DNA from: Octopus sinensis
Lineage: Eukaryota
Assembly: GCF_006345805.1 (NCBI RefSeq)
Contig: NC_043012.1
Location: 35,464,001-35,528,000 of the forward strand
Direction of reading: 5' to 3'
DNA: 64,000 bases
In this document: positions 36,087 through 49,000 of the stretch, one piece after another
Layout of the letters: each line of letters begins with the position of its first letter
Position numbering within the stretch: position 1 is the stretch's first letter
Notes under the pieces: generated by a model
Told to the model about the DNA's origin: nothing
Database searches by the model: none
What the model saw: only the letters and a program-made list of their open reading frames with translations
Program-made: the position numbers and the translations under genes

Positions 36087-36437
36087 AAAAGTCTTTGGCT
36101 GTGAAGTTAAATATATCTGTTACTGTTCCACAAGGTTAGAAGATCAAATCGAACGTTTGTTCTCTCTTTTAAACAAGGTACATAACTCTTCTTATTGCAG
36201 CTTCTTTTCCTGACAACAGCTGCTAGAAATAGCAGCTAAATTTCCTCAGATCACAACTTGCTGTCTTAAATGTAGTCTCCCATATTCCTGCTGTGACCAT
36301 TTCATCTTTCTGGATGTATTTCAAAGGTGTCAACGGTAGGAAGAATATCTTTTTATCATCTAAGCTATATTACTCGTTATGTAAATGAATTTACATATAT
36401 TCAACCTTGCCATAGAATCAGGTCCCATTGATAACCA

Positions 36438-36471
<34 letters not shown>

Positions 36472-39400
36472 TAGCAGAACAGGTTAAACACTCACTCAGC
36501 AAATTTTACCAGTCATTATCAGTTCATCAGGTGTGTTTGTGACTAATTTGTGAATGACCATAATGTTATGTAGATGAGAAAAGACGGTGCCGCTTGGATC
36601 TATAGATCCAATGAAGTAAATTTTCCTGGTGAGCTGGTAATGACCAGTGAAACTAGTTCTTTAATACCCTCTTCAGAGAGGCCCCTGTGATTTAAACAAG
36701 AGGTGCACATAGCCTCCCTCCACAAACAGGGTATTAAATGCATACATTTAAATTTACCTACAAACACACTCACTCACTACTATGTATATATATCATTATC
36801 ATCATTTAACGTCCGTTTTCCATGCTAGCATGGGTTGGATGGTTCGACCAGGGTCTGGGAAGCCAGGAGGCTGCACCAGGCTCCAGTCTGATCTGGCAGT
36901 GTTTCTACAGCCTGGTTCCTAACGCCAACCACTCCATGAGTGTAGTAGGTGCTTTTTACGTGCCACCGGCACAGAAGCTAGTCAAGGCAGCACTGGCATC
37001 GGCCACGTTCAAATGGTGCATTTTACGTGCCACCGGCACAGGTATCACAACTACAATTTCCAGTTGATATTTATTTTGATGTTGATGTACTTGACTCAAT
37101 AGGTCTCAAGCACAGCAGGTCACCCTACAATCCATATATATATTAAATACACACATTTTTTTCTTTTGCACTGTGTCAAACTCCTTTGGTACCATTCACA
37201 ACTTCACTGCAGCTATTGTGGTGGTTGACCGGTGACTCCAATGAAATATCAAAATTAATAAATGACCAACAAAGTTTATGTCAACTTAAAAAAAACAAAC
37301 AAACAAAAACATTTATTGAACAAAAATAAATTTATGTACAGAAAGGAATTATCTTAAATAACTGACTTAATTGGTCCACTTAGTGAAAGGGGGGTGGGGG
37401 ACATAGGTGTATATATATATACACACACACACACTGCATGCTGTATACATATAATAGGTGCCCTCAAATATGCACACACAGGACGTACTTAAATACACAC
37501 TTGTTGATTAAAACACACACACATATTCACGCAGATTTGTCTCAAAGAGGGAGTTCTGTTTCAAAGATGGTGTGTATAGTTGTGCTCCTCTTTTCAGATG
37601 TCATCTCCCCTGTTTTGGTTACTAATGACAACAGGGGCTGGGAAAAGTGTTAGGTCTGTTCTCTCTTCTACATACCAAATAACAACAGACAACACACTAT
37701 TTGATATGTGTTAGAAAAACAGCCTGAATCTTGTCTTAGAGCCACACACGTACGTACATGTGTGGCTGTCAACTTGCAAATGTAACAAAACAATATCATT
37801 ATTCTATTTACAAAGTAGGATGTCAGTTTTTATTTCTTTATTGGAGCCAGTTGACACCTTTCACTTGCAAGTTGAGATTTAAGCAACAAAAAACATGCCC
37901 TGCTCAGTCCCTAAAGAATGGAACCCTTAACTAGAACTAACAGAAGTTCCTGAAATGGGAATCAATGGGCCCAAAAACTATAAGAGGTAAATATTATCTC
38001 ACTAATCCCTCTCTCTCTCCAAAAAAAAAAAAAAATCTGGAAATACGGTTTTCTAAACAAAAAAAGAAGTGCAACAGATCCATGGCTGAGGGGGGGGGGG
38101 TTTAAGCAGTTTTGTGGTTCCAAGTTCTATCTCCACAGTAAGTTGGGTATCTGTTTTATTTGAGGGTTTCTGATCCCCAAGAATTGTGAATGAAATATTT
38201 AATTGATGTTAAAGTTTGTGAAACTTTATTAGTGATTGGGAGGTACAGAATTGAGAGGGAGTGTTGAACAAAAATACTGCACACAGTATTGAGTTATGCC
38301 CAGGTAAACTTTGCCTTCCCTTCTACTCAGGTCACTAATATAAGAACCAGACAAAAGATTGAGATGGATGTAATGAGCAAAAAAAAATTTTGTGCCACTG
38401 TTGTGCTCCAGCATGGCCACAATCTAAAGACTGACACTAAGTAGATGAGTAACAACCCACTTCTCCATGCTGGCATGGATGGGTTGGATGGTTTTTCTGA
38501 GGCAGTGTTTTTTACAGCTGGATGCCCTTCTTGTAGCCAACCCCTTGAGTTGCCCCCTTACATGTGTGTATCCTAGAACTGAAATGATGAACCAATTTTG
38601 GATTTTTCAGTTGAAATCATTACACTTTTCAAGGAGGAAGAGAAAGGCATGAATGTTACACAATCTCATCACCTCTATACATATTATTAGTCTGGTTACA
38701 GAGGTGGGAGGGAGGATTCCCCTACCACTTTCTAGCAAATCGTCCTTTAAACCAGTGATATCTTAGGTTGACACAATGCCCTTAATATTGAAACCCTAGT
38801 GCATGACTGGTATATTTATAAATATTGAACCCAGAGGAATAAAAGGCAATAAGGATTTCTAACATTGGCACAAGGCCCCACAGGGGGGAGGGGCAGGTAG
38901 AGGTAGCATTAAATGAACTTAGTCCTTCATTGGTAATTAGTGGACCTGTAAGGCAAAATTAATTTTGGCAAGATAAACTCAGTTTCAAGGGGCACAACTT
39001 AATACCACAAGGTATTTACTTCAAACCTAAATATTCTGCTCAATGGACCATGGGGCCTATTACATAAAAAAAAACTAGTGTTATATTGGTAACTCATTAA
39101 GAATGTCTTATTTGTTGAGAGAGGTTTGGTGGTCTGATTTCACATGTGTGCATTGTAAAATGTATGTGGGTGTGTGGTTTGTTGTCTGATTGGATCGTGT
39201 GCTCTCAATGTGTGTCTGTCTGTCTGATATGCAAAATGTGTTTGTACCTGTGATCTGTGTTCTTTGAGGCATGTTGTCTGCTGTGAGATGTTTTTGTTTT
39301 TGATAATTGGTCCCAGAAACTGGCTTTTGATTTCCAGACATTAGTGTTAGAGTAACTGCATTTACCATATTGTATAATACTATACAATGCAGTGTTACAA

Positions 39401-39887
39401 GGTATTGTACAGTTGTGTTGTCATCGTCTCACCTGGAATCTGAGTCCTGATGGACAGTTCAACTGATCAACATTAGGAAATAAAAATGTATTTCAATGAA
39501 ACATTTAAACACACACACACACAGACTCACAAGTGTGTGTGTATGTATATATATATATTAGAAGGTTTGGAGATGATGTATATTAGAAGAAATGAGGTAC
39601 TCAGAAATTCAGATGGTTTTATATTTACAGATATTTATTTATATATTACGTTTTTATACATGTAATATACAAATATATATCTGTAAATATAAAACCATCC
39701 GAATTTCTGAGTACCTCATTTCTTCTAATATATATATATATATACACACACCTGTTAATGTTTTAAGGGTGTTTTCTACACTATTAACTATGACATATAC
39801 ATTCTTCTCAGATCATATTTTTTCCTCACATAAAAACGTACATGGCCACCACCACCACCACTATAATGATTATCACTATCGTCATCA

Positions 39888-40001
39888 TCATCTCCTTGTT
39901 TTGTCAAACTCCTCCACCATGTTCACCAATCGTTGCCGTGCTTTACGGTTAATGTGGTCCACTGATGTGATCAAAGCCAACAGCTGCTTGTTTGAGTATT
40001 C
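39888..40001 (-). CDS. VPS50: VPS50 terminal coding exon
   Basis: tcccag|GAA; [37 protein letters not shown], followed by further in-frame TGA TGA. Confidence 0.95.
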   Translation of the reverse strand, partial: EYSNKQLLALITSVDHINRKARQRLVNMVEEFDKTRR

Positions 40002-43000
40002 CTGGGAGAGAGAGAAAGAGTGACAAAGAGACACTAAAGTGAGAGTATTTTTGTGGAAACTGAATAAAAGACATCTGAATACAACTTATTAGGGGCATTG
40101 GGCTCACAATCATGAGGTAGTGAGTTCGATTCTTGGACCAGGCTGTGTTGTGTTTGCTCTAGTTCACTCAGCTTTAGCAACGTCACTGGTGCCAAGCCGT
40201 ATCAACCCCTTTGCCGTTCCTTCGGATAAATCGGTGGCATGGAGAGGGGAGGCTGGTATGTATGGATGACTGCTGGTCATCCATAAACAACCTTGCCTGG
40301 ACTTCCTCAGAGGTTAACTTTCTAGGTGCAATCCCATGGTCATTCATGACCAAAGGGGGTCCTTTATGCTTCTGCAGAGAGAAAAGGGCACACACATGGG
40401 TATATATACTCCTCTGGAAAAAATCTACTTGGAGAAAGAAATGAGTACTCAAAGGGGAACAGTGACACACAGACATGTGAATAATCCTCTGGAAAGATAC
40501 ACTGACCCCTGAATACCCTTGTAGAGATGCAGACACATGCACACAGCCTGAAACCAATCATTAACTTCATAAGACTAAATTGTGTAGGGTTCACTGGTCA
40601 GTCAGTGGCCATATCAACTTATAACTCTACATTTCTGGACTGACCACATGGATTAGATAAGTTTATAACACCCATGCTGACCACAGTCCAACCAATAAAC
40701 TGTAGCCATCAGTGTTGTGTTGTGATAATACTTTACACTCATTTGTCATGTTAAACATTTTTTAACTGACCATGCCTTACTTTGTGATCCTTCTAACCAA
40801 CCAGAGGAGTACAATGGACAGTGTACCATACTATGTAGAGACACAGACCACACGGATTCAAAGTTATGCATAAAACTCATTCTGTTGTCTTAAATAGCCA
40901 GAGGTGGTCAGCCCTGGCTGCAGTATTCACCTTGTGGCCCTTTTTAACCACAGGAGCAAAGCAACTGTCACAATAGCCACTGAAATAAGTCTCTGATGCC
41001 TACTCACCTTGTGGTCTTGTAACCAAATCTCAAGTTGTGCTTCAGGTAAATAATAAGCCTTGATGTAAGTCTCGACATATTCTCTCTCAGGAATCGGTCT
41101 GGAAATTACAAGAGCAAAACAGGAGAATGAATATCATCAGTATGATAGACTGGGCCCCTGGGCAGTGGCTTCATTCAATCATCATTGTATGCAGGAAGAC
41201 GACGTATGTGTATGGATGAGGGGTAAATGTAAAGACTTGTATGTATAAATATGAGTGGGAGATGTGTTTACAATATATGTATTTATGTGTGTATTTGTAA
41301 GGTGTACATATTGATCTTACTGTGTGCGTATACATGTGAATGTATACATAATTATATATAAAGGTATGTGTACACATGTATATACAGTTGCAACCAAAAT
41401 GTTCAGAACGGCATTATTTTCGCCAGAAAAATAGGTATAAGTTTTTATCAAATTTGTTTTATATTCTATAATTTTCACAGACAATAAATACGATATTAAT
41501 TGTTATTGTCTGAGATTTTGGTGTAATTTGAGAGGATAATACAAAAGTTATAGGTGATTTAGTGATTTACTGCAAAACCCATGGCGGCCAAAATGATCAG
41601 AACGGTTGCTTTTACTCCGTGTTTTAGTATATTTAACCGGCAAACTCTAATGTTTTGAATTTGTTTACGTGATGGTTCATTTACTAAACATTAGTAAGAG
41701 TATCTGCAGTGTACTTTGTTAATATAATGCCACTTACTCCATTACCAATTCGTCAGCAGATTATTAAGCTTCGAAAGAAGGATAATTTAACCCTTTAGTG
41801 TTCAGATTATTCTATCAAACATAATGCTTATTGATTCCCATTAATCGTGCATTATCTCATATCTTCAAGATCTTGATGGTGTAATTACTTAATGTAGAAT
41901 AACATTGTAGGGTAGGTATGAGAGCCTGGATCTGGTCAGTTTGAACATAAAACAGATTAACTATTTTGACCGGATATGGCCGGTTTAAATACTAAAGGGT
42001 TAAGTATTGGGTCTATTTCAAAGATTGTTAACAAGTCAAAAAAATGTTGTTCACAGTATTCTTAAGGTCTTTGATGATTGTGGTTCGTGTGAAGCAAGAA
42101 AAACGACCAAGAGAGAAGATCATGCTATGGTAAAGTTGGTTAAAAAGGACAGATTTAAAACTGCTGCTGCTGTTTCTCGGAAAATGAGCATTGTATTGAA
42201 GAAAACTTTATCTCGAAAAACTGTGTCTCGTCGTTTAGTTGAACATGACCTACAAGCAAGATCACCTGCAGTGAAGCCACTGATCAGCTCCAAGAATAAA
42301 AAGTGTCGTCTTACCTTTGCAACCAAACATGTGTTGTGGTCTCAAGAAAAATGGCAAACGGTGCATTTCAGTGATGAATCTAAATTTATGTTATTTGGCT
42401 CAGATGGGAAAAGTAGGTGAAAAATTGTCGCTTAAATGCCTTAAGACTAGTGTTAAATTCGGTGGAGGAAGTGTCATGGTTTGGGGAATATCTGGAGATG
42501 GTGTGGGCTCTTTGGTGTGATTACACAGAAAGGTAAATGCAGGAGTTTATAAACAACTTGTAAAAGATCATGTCTTGCCTGTGCTGAGAAATTCAACTAA
42601 GCGACCACCCATATTCATGCAGGACAATGCCCCATGTCACAAGGCTAACGTGGTCATGAACTTCCTCAAGGCTGAAAAGGTTATTATTATGGATTGGCCT
42701 GCTCAAAGCCCAGATCTCAATCCTATTGAAAATGTGTGGAATATTCTAGGAGAACGTTCGAAAGCCAGAAATCCTAAAACAACCGAGCAATTATGGAATG
42801 CCCTTCAGGAAGAATGGAATAAGATCACCCAGCAAGAAATTGAAAATTTAATTTCCTCATGCAGTTGAAGATGTCAAAGTGTGATTGAAGCTAAAGGGCT
42901 TCACACTAAATATTAAATAATTCCAGTATTCTCTGTCATTTTTGATTATTTTGTTATTTTTTCAACCGTTCTGATCATTTTGGCCACCATGGGTTTTGCA

Positions 43001-46000
43001 GTAAATCACTAAATCATCCATAACTTTTGTATTATCCTCTCAAATTACACCAAAATCTCAGACAATAACAATTAATATCGTATTTATTGTCTGTGAAAAT
43101 TATAGAACACAAAACAACTTTGATAAAAACTTATACCTACTTTTCTGGTGAAAACAATGCCGTTCTGAACATTTTGGCCGCAACTGTATATATATATACT
43201 GGGCCATCCCATAAATAAAGCAGTTTTTCAATACTACGAACTAAAGGTCGGAAGGGGACGGAATAAACTACCTGCATCAATTTGCTATAAAAGCAGGTAG
43301 TAATGTTACCTTGTACTTATTCTTAGTGCAAGTTTTGAAGAGTGCAGTTCGATTTTAACAGTTATTGTTTCAAAGCTGTAATGCAAGTGACAGAGGAGCA
43401 TATTTGGCATATTTTGCTTTATATGTTCAATAAAGTTAACAACGCAATAGAAAGTGCAAGGAATATTAATGCAGTATATGGGGGTCAGACAATAGGCTTA
43501 AGCCTGTGTCAATGGTGGTTCCAGAAATTCTGAGACGGAAACTACAGCCTTAGAAGACGAGTCTTATACTGGAAGATCTGTAGAGCTCAACGAGGATGTC
43601 CTGCAAACGCTGGTGGAACAAAATCCCATCGTAACTGTTGAACTAGTAGAGAAGCTTGGATTTGGTCATTCAACCATTCATCAACACCTGCGTGCCATCA
43701 GAAAAGTCATAAGTTCCTCACAAACTTTCCAAGTCTAATCACCTGCAGAGAGTGAATATGTGCTCTTTGCTATAATGTCTCACGAATGAACCTTTTTGGG
43801 ACCGAACAGTGACTGGTGACGAGAAATGGGTTCCCTATAAAAATGTCAAGCACTGAAGACAGTGGGTAGAGAAAGGAGAAACACTGGCACCCCAGGCTAA
43901 AGAAGGTCTTCACCCAGGTAAGGTGTTGTTATCTGTTTGGTGGGATATGAAAGGTTTAGTTCACTTTGAACTTTTAAGCCCAAACCAAATGATAGCAAAG
44001 GAGATCTACTGCGAGCAGCTTAAGTCAGCGTTAGAAGGAAAACAACTGTCTTTGGTTTCAAGACAAAAGGTTTTTATGGTAATGTGTGGATATGTATAAA
44101 TACACGTATGCATATGTTAGATGCTAGAGTTTATTTCCATATATATATATGAAATGGAATGAGTGGGGAAGAAGAGAGAGAGAGAGAGACAGGTTACAAG
44201 TGGTGGGGAAAATTCAAAAAGGTGAAAGAGAAAAAGAAATTAAGGTAAAAAGTTATTCAGAGTGGTTTGTTTGTTGGAAAAAGAGAAAGGAAAAGAATTT
44301 GACTTTGCGGGTATAGAAGTGTTTATTCACAGTAAAGAAAGAAATAAGTACAAGAGAAGAAACAGTACCTGGTTAGGGGCATGTGAGCAGGTGGGTGCAA
44401 ATGCAGGTATATATAATATTAAGAGGTGTGAACAGAAAGAGTGTATAGAAGAGGAAGTAGGAGTTTTGGAAGCAGCTTTTACCTGATGTCAGCAAACTTC
44501 TCAAGTTTGGTGAGGAATTGTTGGAAGTCCAGCTGCATCCATGCACGACCTTCATTGGTGCACTTCTTGGCGTTGGCATAGCTGCAACAAAAACACCAAT
44601 GCATCAGCTGCTGCACAGCTTAATGTTATAGTACAACTACCACAATAGCACAACATTTAACACCACCACAGCCATCACCATACTACATTCATAACATCAC
44701 CACAACACACAGTATATATTTCTTTGTTGCCCACAAGGGGCTACACACAGAGGGGACAGACAAAGGGATTAAGTCGATTCCAGTGCGTAACTAGTACTTA
44801 ATTTATCAACCCCGAAATGATGAGAGGCAAAGTCGACCTCAGCGGAATTTGAACTCAGAATGTAAAGACAGACGAAATACGGCTATGCACCTTCCACAAC
44901 ACACAGTATAGCTAACTAGGATCTTCCAGCCAACGGATCACTACAATCTTCTCTCTAATCCCATAGGGTACCAAAAAAGCAGGGAGTTTCTCTGCCGTAT
45001 CACACACAATTATCAAATTAACAAGAGTGCCCTGCTCCTCAGCAGGGTCCATACTTACCCCTCAACAAACATACGATTGGCCAACGATATGCAGTGTTCC
45101 CAGATGATGTCATGGACAACCTTGGAGACCGGGACATGACGACTAACTTCATGAAGACGATTACGAAAGTCTTGGAAACTCTGCAAAAGACAAAGAGGCA
45201 TCGAGTTATCCAGGTGACGACACAGCATCACAATGATGATGAGACATCATTTGATAAGGTATTACTGAATTTCATCTTTCAAGGAAAGCTGACTCCAATA
45301 AATCTGTCAAGCATCAATGTCACAACATCACAGTAATGTTATCACAATATTACACAAGAACGTTTTTCCCTCCACAAATTCTATAATTGCTTGGGTTGAT
45401 GAGATCTGACTACTATGATGCTCTCAGTGGAGGTACTGTCCATCTAGCAGTAAATATGTACCACGTGGAGGTACAGTTCACCTTGAATGGGTACTTCACA
45501 AAAGTACAGTCCACCTAGCTCTAAATAAGTACTTTGTGAAGATACAGATACCCGCCAGCAGTAAATAGGTACTATGTTGAGGTACACTCCATCTGAAATA
45601 GGTACCATATTACATTCCGTTTCATTGTAAATTGGAACCGTGAGGAGGTACAGTTCAGCTGTATGTAGGTATTTTGTTGAAGAATAGTTTTAGGTGAACA
45701 ATACCATATAAAGGTACATTTCATGTGATTTTAAATTGGTCCCTTGTGGAGCCAAAGTACATCAACCAATAAATAGAGGTCACATCAAGGTACAGCACAT
45801 AGGGAATGGGTACCATATGAAGGGTTCGTTTAGTTGTAAATGTGATAAAGAATGATTTTATGTATTACTCAGATGCCCTGTAACTCCTCAGAAGAAAAGG
45901 GTTAGAAAAGAGGACAGAGGGTAGACATGTTAGTCAAATAAAGAAAGACATGTACAATACACAGCATGAAACCAACGACAGAAAAGGGATCAGTAAAACG

Positions 46001-49000
46001 GGGATAAAGAGGAAAGGGTTGGATAGGTTATGATTTTGCAGTTAAGAAGTTCACTTCTCGATCACCCAGCTCCAGGTTCAATCTCATCGTGGAAGAGCTT
46101 GGCCAAGGGTCTTCTGTAACAGCCCCAAGCTAACCAATGCCTTGCAATTTCACAGACAGAAACTGAAAGAAGCCCATTGTAGTTGTGTGTGTGTACATCT
46201 GTGTCAGTGAATGTTTACAAAACTACACAAAGTGCTATGAAGCATGAAGTTACCATTAGCAACTCTGCTACGATTGGTGACGTCACCATTTGTGGCTGGG
46301 CTGCAACTGGTGATGCTTGTTGACAAATCACCCAATAACGAACTCTTCTGTGCTTTCAGATTCCTCTGGAATCAAAAAAAGCAATCCTCCCTTACTTGAA
46401 AAGCAGATATGGGTTGGTAACGAAAAGTGCATCTGGCCATAAAAATCCTGCCTCTGTAGTCTCTCACTTAAGCAGTGTTTGTATGAAATACATCATTACC
46501 ATCATCATTTAATATCAATTTTCCAAGCTGGCATGGGTTGAACAGTTAGACAGGGGTTGGAGAGCAACATCGGATCCATTGGGTGTTTTGGCATGGTTTC
46601 TAAGGCTGGACGCCCTTCCTAATGCCAACCACTTTACTGATCGTAGACTGGGTGCTTTTTGAATGGCACCAGCAGGGTCAACATGTAGCTTATAAGACAA
46701 AGACCACTCAGACGAGAGAGGGAACCAAGGGAAGTGGCTGTGAGCCAGGTGAGAGGCTAGAGTACAAATAAGGGCACAGAGACGGGACACTTGGAATACA
46801 GACATTAATAGCAAAGCTGTCAGACTGTTATGATAAGAGAAGTTGAGATGAAAAGTAAGAATCTTACTTCCAGGATGCTGTCAACGTAAGTGTTGTGTTG
46901 GGACATGATGTCCTTCACATCCCACTTCACTGCTGACATCTGCTGGACAAGGTTTCCGTAATCAATCACTTGCGACGACACAACACGGTAGATTGGTTTA
47001 CGCAGTTCACTTGCCATCTTCACAGTCTGCAACAGAAAAAGGAGGAGGAGAGATGTTAACGGTGACAACATTAAAGGGTTTTGGGGGAGAAAAGAAGTGG
47101 GTTTTTTTTTAAGAAATGAAGACACCTGCTTGATTGGTTCATATTCATAAGGTGTTAATTAACATTTACGTCAGCCTAGCTGTGGGGAAGGGGAATTAGT
47201 CCATACCATGGAACTCCGTAATTGACCGATAGTCTTACTGAGCCCTGATGGACAAAAATCAAAGCTGACTTCAACGGAATTTGAAATCAAAATGTAAAGT
47301 GCTAGATCAAATACTGCACAAGGCATTTTTTTCTTGGCACCCTAATGATTCTACTAACAATAACAATGAGAAGAATTGTCTCCAACAGAGGTTCATGGCC
47401 AGAAATTAAGGGAAGGACTCAGTGGATCTGACTGCAAGCAATAATGATAATCCCTTCAAATTTTGGCATAAGGCCAGTAGTTTTAGAGGACGGGGGGAGT
47501 CAGTTGGTTACACCAACCCCACCACCGTGCTCAACTGGTATTTCATTTATTGACCTACAAAAGAATGAAAGGCAAAACTGATCTCGGCAGAATTTGAACT
47601 CAGAACATAGAGAGCCAGAAGAAAAGCCACAAAACACTTTGTCCAGTGCTCTAACGATTCTGCCAGCTTACCACCTTAATAATGATTTTTCATCATCATC
47701 ATTAAACGTCTGCTTTCCATGCTGGCATGGGTTGGACGGTTTGGCTGAGAGCTGGCGAACCAGATGGCTGCACCGGGCTCCAGTCTTGATCTGGCAGAGT
47801 TTCTACAGCTGGATGCCCTTCCTAACGCCAACCACTCAGAGAGTGTAGTGGGTGCATTTACGTGCCACTGGCACATGGGCCAGTCGGGCGGTTCTGGCAA
47901 CGACCACGCTCAAAAGGTGTTTTTACATGCCACTTGCATGGGAGCCAGTCCGGCAGCACTGGCAACAACCGTGCTCAAATGTTGTTTTTCACATGCCACC
48001 AGTACACGTCCTAGTAAGGCAATGCTGGCAATAATCATGCCCGAATGATGCTTTTCACATGTCACTGGCACGAGAGCCATTCCGTGACCCTGGCAACGAT
48101 TTTTATCTCTGAATAATTATTTTCTAATTTAGGAACATAACCAACAATTTTTGAGATGATGGGGTTACCAGATACCACTGACCACAGAACTCAACTGGTA
48201 CTTTATTTTATTGACCCCCAAGAAAAAATTAACGGCAGGTGGGATTTGAAATCAGAACATATACAGCAAAGTATTTTGTGTGATGCTTTAATAATTTGGC
48301 CAGTTTGCAAACTAATGAGGTCTTATAAGTGCCACCACCCTCCACACGCACACATTTGTAGGGGAGGGGCATATTAGTCTCACTTAAATCTGACCCTCAA
48401 ACTGCAACAAAACAGGAAACATTTTGTCTTTACAAAATTTTTAAAAAATGGTATTTTTTACTTGTGAATAAAACTGTTGGAGAAATGCTTTCTTGTTGAC
48501 TGGAATCATACTGTCCAGGTATGGCTGCAGGAATTCAAATTGTTCGGCCAGAAACACACTGTCAATTAAAGACAAAAACAATCATAAACAACATATACCA
48601 ATATAATTAACACAATTAAAATATACTTTAATTTGTCGAGAGTAGACCTAACAGACTGCCCACAGCTATTCTCAAGCAGTTTCTATGACAACACAATCAT
48701 TTATACAGGTTACTATGACAACACAACCATCACACAGATTGCTATGGTAACACAAACATCAGTTGGGTTACTGTGGCAACACAACCATCACACAGGTTGC
48801 TATGGCAGCACTGTCACAGCAATGCGGGGTCAACACCGTCATCACATGACAACATTGATAAATTAACAACTGGGCCTGATCAATCAAGTCAATAATTAAT
48901 TAATCAATTAATGGAGTTGATTAACACATAGCATCTCTCAAACAATCAATCAATCAGTCAATAAATATCAGTCAATAGAAGGCACCAGGGGCCAGGGGCC

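Larger units (their letters stand above)
41385..43186 (+). mobile_element. Tc1-family DNA transposon, IR/DR type, defective (1802 bp including a nested MITE)
   Basis: TA on both sides (41383-84, 43187-88). Terminal inverted repeats of about 224 bp (41385-41608 and 42963-43186) with about 11 mismatches, each with an outer and inner direct repeat (ccaaaatg[t/a]tcagaacgg). Internal DD34E transposase remnant. Confidence 0.95.
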
